Shown here in pieces: positions 10,229 to 20,335 of a DNA stretch of 56,520 bases. Source of the DNA: Candidatus Hodarchaeota archaeon (GTDB lineage Archaea > Asgardarchaeota > Heimdallarchaeia > Hodarchaeales > Hodarchaeaceae); NCBI GenBank assembly GCA_029856365.1, contig JAHQWW010000012.1, positions 1 through 56,520 of the forward strand, written 5' to 3'. The position numbers were made by a program, and so were the translations under genes. Numbering within the stretch: position 1 is the first letter of the stretch; each line of letters starts with the position of its first letter. The notes beneath the pieces are model-generated. The model was not told where the DNA came from. It was given only the letters and a program-made list of their open reading frames with translations, and did no database searches.

Positions 10229-10554
10229 AAGAAATGAGGAAAATTATTAAAAATTGGTGAATTCTAATATCTTATTTCTCAGGATATAATATATCTAAAA
10301 ATTAAAAATGATGCTTATCGTCATCTTGCGACTGCTTTCATTATTTTACCCTTAACTGTTACAGTTATGTTAACCTTAGATATCCCATTAGTTCTTCATT
10401 ATTTTGGAACTTTGGGTGATATATTAATCATTGTTGGGTCATTATTCGGTAAACGGGCAAAAACAAACCTCATTCAAATTTTACAGGTCAAGGAAATTTT
10501 AGAGGCAAAATCAAAATTATAATAATAGCAATTAAAAAAATTTGGGATAATTTA

Positions 10555-11532
10555 GTGATAAAAATGAAAAAAATTGGTGTTTTATGTTCTGGTGGGGACG
10601 CACCAGGTATGAACGCAGCTTTACGTGCTGTAGTCAGAAGGGGGATAGCAAAAAAATTGAAAATAATAGCAATATACCGTGGTTTTGATGGTATCTTTCA
10701 AGAATATTTTGAAGAAATGACAGCAAGATCAGTGGGAGACATTGTTCAAAGAGGAGGAACTATTATAAAGACAGCAAGATGTGAAAAGTTTTTTATAGAC
10801 GAAGGAGTTAGAGAAGCAGCAGAAATTTTAAAAAAGCATAATTTTGATGGTTTATGTGCTCTTGGAGGTGATGGAACCTTCAAAGGGTTATTAGCGCTTC
10901 AAAAACACTGGAATGGTCAATTAATAGGTATTCCAACCACTATTGACAATGATGTCTATGGAACGGATTATACCGTCGGATTTGATACAGCAATTGATAC
11001 TGCAATCCAAGCGCTTGACAAAATTCGAGATACCGCAGAGAGTCATGAACGAATATTTATTGTCGAAGTAATGGGACGCGAATCAGGTTATATAGCGTTG
11101 GAAGTGGGAATTGGAGCAGGTGCAGAAGAAATATTAATTCCAGAGGAAGCTCCCGTTGATTTTGCTGCTTTAGCAAACCGACTTCGTTCTGCTAGGGAAA
11201 GGGGTAAGAAGAGTATTATCATAGTTGTCGCAGAGGGAGCTGATGAAAGAGACATTTTCACGTTTTCTAAAGAGTTGATGAAATATTTGGATGTTAAAAC
11301 ATATCTTTCTATCCTTGGTCATGTTCAGCGAGGTGGTGCACCTAGTGCTTTGGATCGATGGCTTGCCACTCGACTTGGAGCATTTTCAGTTGATTGTTTT
11401 CTTAATGGGGATACTGGGATAATGGTTGGCGAACAAAACCATCAACTTGTCAAGGTTCCACTTATAGAAACCCAGAAGAAAAAACCAATTGAGAAGTATG
11501 CCTTCAGTCTTATTCAAGATCTAGCCATCTAA
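10555..11532 (+). CDS. pfkA: ATP-dependent 6-phosphofructokinase (PfkA family)
   Basis: SGGDAPGMN, GGDG (Gly at the ATP-specificity position), TIDND, EVMGR, LGHVQRGG. Confidence 0.96.
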   Translation: MIKMKKIGVLCSGGDAPGMNAALRAVVRRGIAKKLKIIAIYRGFDGIFQEYFEEMTARSVGDIVQRGGTIIKTARCEKFFIDEGVREAAEILKKHNFDGLCALGGDGTFKGLLALQKHWNGQLIGIPTTIDNDVYGTDYTVGFDTAIDTAIQALDKIRDTAESHERIFIVEVMGRESGYIALEVGIGAGAEEILIPEEAPVDFAALANRLRSARERGKKSIIIVVAEGADERDIFTFSKELMKYLDVKTYLSILGHVQRGGAPSALDRWLATRLGAFSVDCFLNGDTGIMVGEQNHQLVKVPLIETQKKKPIEKYAFSLIQDLAI

Positions 11533-11584
11533 TATTATATCATCAATTTCTCTTTATTTTTACCAGATTTCATTATCAAAGATA

Positions 11585-13768
11585 TCAAGAGGAATTTGAC
11601 AGGATTTTTGCATACAACTTCAGAGAATATTCTTTTAGCATTCTTCGTGCCGAAAAAAAAGGCAGAGTCGAACGAACTGCTTCACGCATCACTTTGATCC
11701 AATTAAATGGGATATTTTCGGGTTCAAAATCATAATATAATGGAATTATTTGATTTTCTAGAATGTTATAAAGACTCTGAACATCGGTCCAATCTTGGGC
11801 AACAATATTATTTTCCTCAATATTTTGAGGATTTATTGCCCATCCATTCAATCCATTATTTCCCTCAGCCCACCAACCATCAAGAATAGAGAGGTTTGGA
11901 ATGAAATTCAAGCATGCTTTCATTCCTGAAGTTCCTGATGCTTCATTATAGCGTCTGGGAGTATTTAACCAAACATCAACTCCTTGTAGTAGGATTTTAG
12001 CAGTTTTTAAATCGTAATTTTCAACAAAAGCAATGCGATATCCTAAATCGGGGTTTTTGGCATAATTATAGATTTGTTGAATATGTAATTTTCCTGCATC
12101 ATCGTTTGGATGAGCTTTTCCTGCAAAAATAAATTGAATTGGTTTATATGGGTCTTCGATCAATTTTTTCAATCTCTCGAAATCAGAGAAAAGTAATGTT
12201 GCTCTTTTATAGGTAGTAAATCGGCGCGCAAATCCAACTGTGAGTACGTCAGGATCTAGGAGAGCGCCACTTGCTAATGCTATTTCAGAATTCCAATAAC
12301 CACTTTTTTGATAATTTCTTGCATTTTCTCTAATGAATTTGAATAATCTACGTTTAGCAGCTAAATGATATTCCCAAATTTCATAATCGCTTATTGTGTA
12401 TTTATCCAATATCTTATCCCAGAAAGCGGGTTCATCCTGATGATCTCGCCAATTATCATCAACTATTCTAAACATTCGTTGGTAAATTTCTGATAAAAAG
12501 CTCAGGACATGCACACCATTTGTAATAGACTCCATAGGTTTAAAATCGGAGTATTTTGTTTTTAATTCGCTAATAAGAGGTTGGAACATCTTATTTGCAA
12601 CTTCTAGATGGAGTTTTGAAACTGCATTTGTATAATAAGCTGTTTTTATCCCTAATACAGTCATATTGAACCCATCTCCCCTTCCAGAACCAAAATCATA
12701 AGATCCAAGTGAATAAAAAATCTCCATTCCAAATTCATCTATTATTTCCTTAAAATAAGTATTGATCAACCAGAATGGGAAAACATCATGTCCCGCTGGA
12801 ACTGGTGTATGGGTTGTGAATAGAGTCTTTGAGCGGACTTCGTTTAGCGCATTATCAAAATTTAAACCTTTATTTACAATTAATTGCCTTATCCGTTCTA
12901 TTGACGAAAAACTACAATGGCCCTCGTTCAAATGAAATAACAAGGGTTTAATTCTTAGTTTGTTGAACAAACGAACCGAACAAATTCCCAAAACCATTTC
13001 TTGTTGTAATCTAAGTTCAGATCCCCCGCCATAAAGACGATCCGTTAGATCACGAAACCAAGGAACATTCTCAGAGATATTAGAATCAAGTAAAAAAAGT
13101 TTAATGCGTCCAACATTAACTTTCCAAACTTTTACATAAACCTCCATCTCATCCTTCATTTCTACAGAAATCAATAGAGGTTTTCCGTTCTCTAAATCTA
13201 TTACTTCTTCAATCGGCAAATTATCAAAATCGTATTCCCTAAATACTTCTTCTTGCCAACCATTACGAGTAGAACTGATTTTTTGCGTAAAATATCCTTC
13301 TTGATATAGGAATCCGACTGCTACAATTGGGACGCCTAGATCACTTGATTCTTTAAGATGGTCACCTGAAAGAATCCCTAAACCTCCCGAATAAATAGGT
13401 AAGGAATTATGTATACCATATTCCATACTTAAATATGCAATTTTAGCAGTTTTATATTCAGGAAAGGTCTGATTCCACCATAAATGGTCTGCATCTTTTA
13501 ACATCTCGGTTTTAAAATCCTTCATAACTTTATGATATAAAGCTAGAAAGCTTTTCTTGTTTGCCATTCTTTCTAAGCGTTCATCAGTCGTATAACGTAA
13601 AATAAAAATGGGATTATGATTCGAGTGCCAGAGAGGTGGATCTAGGATTTTAAACATCTCCCTAGCATCTGGATCCCAAGACCACCAGAGATTGTATGCT
13701 AGGTTCACTAATCCCTTCAAATTTTCCGGGACTTTTTTGTTAAGCTTTAAACGTATCATTTTTATCAT
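11585..13768 (-). CDS. glgP: Alpha-glucan (glycogen/maltodextrin) phosphorylase
   Basis: YSGGLGILSGD, NEGH, FARRFTTYKR and PLP-lysine motif EASGTSGMK. Confidence 0.96.
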   Translation of the reverse strand: MIKMIRLKLNKKVPENLKGLVNLAYNLWWSWDPDAREMFKILDPPLWHSNHNPIFILRYTTDERLERMANKKSFLALYHKVMKDFKTEMLKDADHLWWNQTFPEYKTAKIAYLSMEYGIHNSLPIYSGGLGILSGDHLKESSDLGVPIVAVGFLYQEGYFTQKISSTRNGWQEEVFREYDFDNLPIEEVIDLENGKPLLISVEMKDEMEVYVKVWKVNVGRIKLFLLDSNISENVPWFRDLTDRLYGGGSELRLQQEMVLGICSVRLFNKLRIKPLLFHLNEGHCSFSSIERIRQLIVNKGLNFDNALNEVRSKTLFTTHTPVPAGHDVFPFWLINTYFKEIIDEFGMEIFYSLGSYDFGSGRGDGFNMTVLGIKTAYYTNAVSKLHLEVANKMFQPLISELKTKYSDFKPMESITNGVHVLSFLSEIYQRMFRIVDDNWRDHQDEPAFWDKILDKYTISDYEIWEYHLAAKRRLFKFIRENARNYQKSGYWNSEIALASGALLDPDVLTVGFARRFTTYKRATLLFSDFERLKKLIEDPYKPIQFIFAGKAHPNDDAGKLHIQQIYNYAKNPDLGYRIAFVENYDLKTAKILLQGVDVWLNTPRRYNEASGTSGMKACLNFIPNLSILDGWWAEGNNGLNGWAINPQNIEENNIVAQDWTDVQSLYNILENQIIPLYYDFEPENIPFNWIKVMREAVRSTLPFFSARRMLKEYSLKLYAKILSNSS

Positions 13769-13787
13769 CTTACAATGAATTTTTTTG

Positions 13788-16367
13788 TTAAAATTGAACT
13801 CTCTGATAAAATATTTTCTTCAATCCTTCAGAAGTTATTATGTACACGATAATTATAAATGCTATATATAATAAAAATAGTAAAGGAATCTTTATAAATC
13901 CTAGAAACTCCCCTAACGGTGTAAAAGGAATTATAAGGGTGATAATGGCTATTACAATGCTTGTGATCAGTAAAGACTTGCTTGGTAGACTCTCATAAAA
14001 TTGTCTTTTAGTGCGAATGACAAAGAGAATGAATAATTCAGTTAAAATAGAGACCAAGAACCATCCTGTCCGAAATTCTGTTATTGAAGCTTGAAAAATC
14101 ACCAAGAGAACGAAGAAAGTAATGATATCGAAAAATGCACTAGCAAGCCCGAAAATAACCATGAATTCTGTAATGAATCGTATATCCCATCGTTTAGGTT
14201 TTTGAACCATTTCTTCATCAACACTATCTGTAGCTATAGTCATCGATGGGAAATCTGTTAGAAAATTGATAACAAGTAATTGTTCGGGTAATAAGGGGAG
14301 AAAAGGTAGGAATAAGGATGCTATTGCCATACTTACCATATTTCCTAAATTGGCGCTGATTGTAATCCAAATATACTTGATCGTGTTTATGAAAGTTCGT
14401 CTCCCTTCCTGTATTCCATTAAGAAGAACTGTTAAATCCTTTTCAAGAAGAACTATTTGAGCTGCTTCCTTAGCTACATCCACTGCGCTTTCAACTGAGA
14501 TCCCTATATCTGCAGCATGCAATGCAGAAGCATCATTAATCCCATCACCCATATAACCGACTACATTCCCAGATTTTCTTAAAGCCAGAATGATTCGCTC
14601 TTTCTGATTCGGTTCAACCTCTGCAAAAATATCTACATTAAGGGATTCTCTTAACAATGCTTCATTGCTCATCTCACGAATCATGTTGCCAGTAATAACA
14701 TTTGGTTGTGACCAACCGAGTTCTTTCCCAAGACTCTGGGCAATAAATCGGTTGTCTCCTGTAATAATTTTAAGAGATATATTTAGTTCTTTCAAATCTT
14801 TGATAATATTTTGGATATTACTCTTCGGTGGATCATAAAATATTAGAAAACCTAAAAATATCATTTTAGATTCCAGTTCTTTCGTTAATTCCGTTGATGA
14901 ATCCAAAAACCTATAAGAAACCCCTAAAGTCCGAAATCCACTACTACTGAGTTCTTTGTATTTATTTTGAATTAGTGCTTCTACTTTAGAAATATCAACA
15001 AGATTATCTTCAGAAATTTCTGTTGTTGTACATACTTGAAGAATATTAGGAACAGCTCCTTTAGTAACTATGAGTGATTGTTCTTTAAAGTCAACAAGAA
15101 TACTTAATCTTTTACGGATGAAATCATACGGAATTTCACTAGTTTTTCTAATATCATTTAAGTTAAAATTATATTGAGAACTAAGAGCTTCATCAATAGG
15201 ATTTTTGAATCCATCCTGAAAATAGGCGTTGATATAGGCAAATTTCAATAATCTCTCACTCTTCTCACCATAAATGTTTAATGCAGAGTGCAATTTCATT
15301 TTTCCTTCAGTAAGAGTTCCAGTTTTATCTGAACATAATATATTCATACTCCCAAAGTTCTCAATTGCGGTTGGCTTTTTTACAATAACCTTAACATCAG
15401 CCATTCTCTTTGACCCCCGAGTTAGGTTAACACTTATAACAGCAGGTAATAATTGCGGAGTTAGACCGACTGCAAGAGCTATTGCAAATAAAAAAGAATC
15501 AATCACAGGTCTAGAGACATAAACATTGATTCCAAATACAATTATTACTAATATTAATACTATTTCCATTAATACGTATCCAAAACGTTTAATTCCACGT
15601 TCAAAATCATTAATAGGTTCTTTTTGGGTCAAATGTTCAGAAATTTTTCCAAACTCTGTATTTAATCCAGTTTCAACGATAATAGCTTTTCCTCTTCCAC
15701 TTACTACATGTGTTCCCATGAATAGGGAATTTATACGTTGATTCAAGGGAGTAGTTTCATCCAATATGATATTAGTTTTTTCAGATGGAAATGTTTCCCC
15801 AGTTAAAGATGCTTCATCAACAAATAAATCTTTAGAATCAACAATTCGGGAGTCCCCAGGAATAACGTCCCCTGCAGACAGGATAACTAGATCACCAGGT
15901 ACTACATCCTCTATAGAAATTTGCTTCTGTAGCCCATCACGAATTACCGTTGTTTTAATGTGAACAATTGATAACAGCGCTTCAACTGCATTTGAAGCCA
16001 TTCTTTCCTCCCAAAATCCAATAAAACTACTTGCAAACACTATTGTAATAATAATTAAGGTATCTAACTTGTCTGCTGTGAGAAATGCTAAGATTGAGGT
16101 AATTATGAGGATTAAGATGATTGGACTTTTAAATTGAGCTAAAAATAGAAATAAAGAATCAGTTCTTTTCTTAGGTTTCAATTTATTATATCCAAATTTA
16201 ATTAACCGTTCCCTGGCCTCTGTTTCAGTAATTCCATTAGATGAGGTTTGTACCTTTTCCATTACTTCATCTATAGAAAGATTCCAAAATCCGTTGTTAA
16301 CTTGAAACTTTTGGACATCTCTAGGGTTAAAATCTCCAGATTCTTTATTTTCTATCAATATTCTCAC
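13788..16367 (-). CDS. mgtA: Mg2+-translocating P-type ATPase (P3B)
   Basis: DKTGTLT, TGET, GDGIND, AVGLTPQLLP, IPYDFIRKR and FRTGWF, typical of MgtA. Confidence 0.92.
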   Translation of the reverse strand: MRILIENKESGDFNPRDVQKFQVNNGFWNLSIDEVMEKVQTSSNGITETEARERLIKFGYNKLKPKKRTDSLFLFLAQFKSPIILILIITSILAFLTADKLDTLIIITIVFASSFIGFWEERMASNAVEALLSIVHIKTTVIRDGLQKQISIEDVVPGDLVILSAGDVIPGDSRIVDSKDLFVDEASLTGETFPSEKTNIILDETTPLNQRINSLFMGTHVVSGRGKAIIVETGLNTEFGKISEHLTQKEPINDFERGIKRFGYVLMEIVLILVIIVFGINVYVSRPVIDSFLFAIALAVGLTPQLLPAVISVNLTRGSKRMADVKVIVKKPTAIENFGSMNILCSDKTGTLTEGKMKLHSALNIYGEKSERLLKFAYINAYFQDGFKNPIDEALSSQYNFNLNDIRKTSEIPYDFIRKRLSILVDFKEQSLIVTKGAVPNILQVCTTTEISEDNLVDISKVEALIQNKYKELSSSGFRTLGVSYRFLDSSTELTKELESKMIFLGFLIFYDPPKSNIQNIIKDLKELNISLKIITGDNRFIAQSLGKELGWSQPNVITGNMIREMSNEALLRESLNVDIFAEVEPNQKERIILALRKSGNVVGYMGDGINDASALHAADIGISVESAVDVAKEAAQIVLLEKDLTVLLNGIQEGRRTFINTIKYIWITISANLGNMVSMAIASLFLPFLPLLPEQLLVINFLTDFPSMTIATDSVDEEMVQKPKRWDIRFITEFMVIFGLASAFFDIITFFVLLVIFQASITEFRTGWFLVSILTELFILFVIRTKRQFYESLPSKSLLITSIVIAIITLIIPFTPLGEFLGFIKIPLLFLLYIAFIIIVYIITSEGLKKIFYQRVQF

Positions 16368-16645
16368 CGATAGAAGATAGATATAAATTCATATGTCAAT
16401 TACTAAATCTTGTTTTGATAATAGTAGTTTTTTATCTTAATTAACTATAAAAAGTTATTCCCTTGAGAAAGGAAAGATTCTGAAAGAAGATAGTGTGAAC
16501 TTCTCACTCTTAATTTTTATCAATAGCATAACATATAAGTGAATTCTATTCACCTAACATCGACTTCAATTCGGATAAATAACGCCGAATTTCCGTGTTT
16601 ATCCAGTATATAGGAATGATATTTTCCACCCTACTAATTAACTTT

Positions 16646-16729
16646 TAATCATGTTAAGTTATTTCTGGAAGAAAGCTTGGTTATAACTGACGTAAATTGT
16701 CATGGAATGATAGTTGACTTTCTTTTACC
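16646..16729 (+). repeat. Direct repeat copy 2: orphan corA 3' end (MLSYFWKKAWL*) plus flank
   Basis: ~90% identical to 7695-7778, first 30 bp identical; no corA sequence upstream. Confidence 0.92.
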
Positions 16730-16768
16730 CTAAATCAAGAGTATAATTTTAAAGCAACGCTTTCCCTG

Positions 16769-17328
16769 TCAGCTGGCTTCTTCAAGAATCATATAGCCAG
16801 AAACTCCTACAGCTATTCTACCAATACCAGTGAGTAAAAATCCCCACGCTAACAGAAAGATCAAGGAAAGGTACCCTAGAGTTGGGAAGACTATCACGAT
16901 AAAAGAAAGAAAGATAGACAATACTCCAAGGATTATCAAGATGCTTCGGAACCACGTTGGTAAGTCAGTATCTGAGCCTCCAACCGTGATTCTGGCAATT
17001 CCCTGAAGCATCAATCCAATCGCAAGAATAAAGATCAAAATCTCAATACCTAAGTCAGGAAATATTACTACAACTATGCCCAATGTTAGTGCTGCTAAAC
17101 CAACAATGATATTTAACACACGCATCTTTTTGTGAGATGTTCATCAAAAAAACCATTGAAAATTCTGGCAAGTCCTGCAAAAATCATGATGAGTGATAGA
17201 ATGAAAATTAATGTTAGCGTGGCAAGTCCAAAGTTTAAAATTACAATGACAGAAAAAATTATGAATAACAATCCAGCTATAATGTTGAAAATTCTTAATC
17301 AAACCGGAATTTTAAGCGAAATAGTCAT
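16769..17328 (-). pseudogene. HdeD/DUF308-family membrane protein, disrupted
   Basis: ATG at 17328 gives MTISLKIPV*LRIFNIIAG... with in-frame TGA at 17299-17301 where paralog 21567 has Trp. A 1-nt loss in an A-run near 17127-17131 joins it to ORF 16769-17125. Confidence 0.8.
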
Positions 17329-17695
17329 ATTTTTCACCTACTAACCATCCTCTTTTCACATTATTTATTTAAAGCAAACCAGAGATTTTTAAAATTAATC
17401 TGATACTGCAGGGGAACATTGGGATATCATTCTGAATTATTCGTTGATTTTGTGGTTAAGCAGTTTTCATGTGATAAGAAGGAGGATTTTAAGACTTCAT
17501 ATTGTCATCCTAATTATTCTCTTCTCTCAAAGTTTGGATCCTCTCACCGAGAATAACATAAAAGACGTTCGATACGATAGAGGAGTCTGATAGACATGTG
17601 ATCTTTCATTCCTTATAATTTAAGTAGCTAATATTTTAAAAGAAGCTGTGTCAAGAACGATTACAGTGATATTTGTATTAAAAAAGTGAGAAACA

Positions 17696-18739
17696 TTGAT
17701 TACGCAAGCTTCGATTGAAGAACAAGCAATTATTGCATTTGCTTTCATAATTGGGGGATTGTTTCTTGGATTAATTCTGGAGATCATTGTTTTTGCTAGA
17801 TTTAGAAAAGTTATAGGTAAAGCAAAATGGAAAGGAGCCGAAATAATTGTTAAGGCTTTTCGTGGTATCCCTATCTTCTGGTTTATGATGATAGGCTGCT
17901 ATGGTGCTATTCTAACCATCGATTTCGTATATTTATTTGGTGTTGATACCTCAGATCTATTTATCAAGATTATATTCATTTTATTTACTCTTTCAATCCT
18001 TTTAATACTCGCTAGAGCTACCAGTGGTTTTGTAATCCATTATGCAGGTAAAACAGAAGGAGCTCTGGCAGCTACCTCCATCGTGACTAATTTGATGAAT
18101 TTCATTTATCTTTTACTCGGGTTTCTTATCATAATTCAATCATTAGGTCTTGATATTACTCCTTTGTTAACTTTACTTGGGGTGGGGGGATTAACTGTTG
18201 CGTTGGCACTTCAACCCACCCTTTCAAACTTCTTTGCTGGTGTTTATCTTCTTGCATCAAGAGAATTTAAGATAGGAGATTACATCAAACTTGATACTGG
18301 TGAGGAAGGATATATTACAGATATGACATGGAGACATACAATTATTCGCCCACCAGCAAGATATGATATAATTATCCCAAACGCTAAACTATCGACAGCT
18401 ATAGTGACGAATTTTGGGGTTTCTGATAAAGAGACTGCGTTAACCGTACCCGTTGGTGTTGGCTATGATAGTAATCTTAATCATGTTGAGCAGATAACTA
18501 TTGAGGTTGCTATGGAAACTATTCAGCAAGTACAAGGAGAACTACCGTCAATAAAACCGTATATTCGCTACCACACTTTCGCTCCTTCAAGTATTGATTT
18601 TTCTGTTAACATTTATTCTAAAAATTTACGTGATCGAGCCAGAATAAGGCATGAATTTATTAAAAACCTTTTTGAACGATACCAGCAAGAAGGAATTGAT
18701 ATTCCATTTCCTACATCTGTTATTATATCAAAGAAATAG
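17696..18739 (+). CDS. mscS: MscS-family mechanosensitive channel (5-TM type)
   Basis: LGVGGLTVALALQPTLSNFFAG, FKIGDYI and GIDIPFP. Confidence 0.95.
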   Translation: MITQASIEEQAIIAFAFIIGGLFLGLILEIIVFARFRKVIGKAKWKGAEIIVKAFRGIPIFWFMMIGCYGAILTIDFVYLFGVDTSDLFIKIIFILFTLSILLILARATSGFVIHYAGKTEGALAATSIVTNLMNFIYLLLGFLIIIQSLGLDITPLLTLLGVGGLTVALALQPTLSNFFAGVYLLASREFKIGDYIKLDTGEEGYITDMTWRHTIIRPPARYDIIIPNAKLSTAIVTNFGVSDKETALTVPVGVGYDSNLNHVEQITIEVAMETIQQVQGELPSIKPYIRYHTFAPSSIDFSVNIYSKNLRDRARIRHEFIKNLFERYQQEGIDIPFPTSVIISKK

Positions 18740-18881
18740 GTTTCTTGCGGAAATGGCTAGTTTACAAAACTGGATAATCTAGACAGTGTATTCCGTATTT
18801 AAATTAAGACTATAAATCACATGAAAACTTTTTAAAAATAAAAAATCTAAAAAGCCTGAAAGGTAATCGTTCAAATAACCT

Positions 18882-19796
18882 TTAACTTTTATATTTCTCT
18901 TTAATCTCGTCATAGTTCTTCGTCAACGCGGTCATAAAGTCCCCTGTTAAATCCAATATTTTGGTTGCACTATTTGAAATTAGATTAACTTGATAAATTT
19001 TATCAAGTCTATTTCGTGAATAAACATACCATGTAGTAGGTTCAGTCACTCTTTCATTAAAATCTTCACTAGTTTTTTGGATAGCTTCGACAGCCCATTC
19101 ATGTTTCTCGTCAGAATTAGCCCCCCACATCAAAGGGTAAACAAACCGCCTTTCTTGATCTTTTCTGAGGATTAAATGATCTTCGGTTGTTCTTGTATTA
19201 ATGATTGACTGCCCTAAAAACTTACCATTAGATACTAATATGGTATTACCAGTAGGTAATGTTATTTTAGTATAATTCACTGTGATTTCTTTAACACGTC
19301 CTTCCACTTTGCTATCAGGAAGAATAATGTAATCACCGATCATAAAAGGGCGTGCAGCCATGATGTAAAGCCCAGCCAAGAAATTACCCATGGTTGTTGT
19401 TGATGCGAATCCTATTGCTGTTCCTAAAATGGCTGAAATTCCTAATAATGTGCCTTGAAACGCAGGAAAGTTGTTTAAGTAGGCGATAATACAAAATGGT
19501 ACTATAATCATTCTTCCCAGTACTCTTAATGTGTTGATGACGGTTTTAGTCATTCTAGGAGTTAATGCTTCTAACATTGAGCCCCATATCAGTAACAACA
19601 CCGTGGCAATAAATATCCAAATAAGTAATTGAATGAATAATGTGAAAAGGGTAAGATATGTTCCTGGTTCTTTAGTTGTATCATCAACAACGGTAGCTAA
19701 AGGTTCATCAAAGCCAAGGTTGTGTATAGAAAATAGAATTAAAATAAAAATCAAAAAAATAAAGGAGAAAAAGAGTTGCTTCTTATTTATCTTCAT
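18882..19796 (-). CDS. MscS-family mechanosensitive channel (divergent)
   Basis: GTAIGFASTTTMGNFLAG, RPFMIGDYI and GRVKEITVNYT. Confidence 0.88.
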   Translation of the reverse strand: MKINKKQLFFSFIFLIFILILFSIHNLGFDEPLATVVDDTTKEPGTYLTLFTLFIQLLIWIFIATVLLLIWGSMLEALTPRMTKTVINTLRVLGRMIIVPFCIIAYLNNFPAFQGTLLGISAILGTAIGFASTTTMGNFLAGLYIMAARPFMIGDYIILPDSKVEGRVKEITVNYTKITLPTGNTILVSNGKFLGQSIINTRTTEDHLILRKDQERRFVYPLMWGANSDEKHEWAVEAIQKTSEDFNERVTEPTTWYVYSRNRLDKIYQVNLISNSATKILDLTGDFMTALTKNYDEIKEKYKS

Positions 19797-19812
19797 TTAC
19801 ACCACAATCTTT

Positions 19813-20196
19813 TTACAGGATTCCTACATTAAAGATGATTCGAACTGTATAGAGAACGGCTAGAAGTATAGTTGTGAGGAGGATTACCCTATTAAACTCA
19901 TGTTCCTTGATAATGTAGTAAATGATCAATGCAGTAATAGTATAAACAATAACTACTCCTACAGGATAAAACGTTCTGTCTTGAAATTCTAAGACCATGG
20001 CAATCACACCTACCGCGGGAAGTATCAAGACTATCAACACTGCTGAAAAAAGAATCTTCAACAGATAGCCAGTTTCCATTTCCTTTCGCTTTAATAAATA
20101 ATATTCGATAAGAACAAGCAAAAGCGTTATAAAAATAATTTCCAATATCCATATTAACACTTCTTCTGGTTGTACATCAATAATTATTTCTGCCAT
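19813..20196 (-). CDS. Hypothetical 4-TM membrane protein, co-transcribed with mscS
   Basis: Four hydrophobic segments; AGGTGA RBS; 16 bp gap to the downstream mscS. Confidence 0.7.
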   Translation of the reverse strand: MAEIIIDVQPEEVLIWILEIIFITLLLVLIEYYLLKRKEMETGYLLKILFSAVLIVLILPAVGVIAMVLEFQDRTFYPVGVVIVYTITALIIYYIIKEHEFNRVILLTTILLAVLYTVRIIFNVGIL

Positions 20197-20335
20197 GATA
20201 TCACCTTCTGACTACTTCTAAAATAGATTTATAAATTCATTGACAACAATATTGAAGAATTTTATGAGAAGTTTAAATAAGCTGACCCTAACCCTACTAC
20301 ACTAATTGAATCTATAACAAAGGGAAGATTCTATC

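Noticed and set aside
7779-16645. Autonomous mobile element (integrase/transposase) in the repeat-flanked cassette
   Set aside because: No recombinase, transposase or replication gene is present, so it is reported only as a repeat-flanked cassette.
17471-17590. 39-codon GTG-start ORF upstream of mscS
   Set aside because: No RBS or motif evidence.
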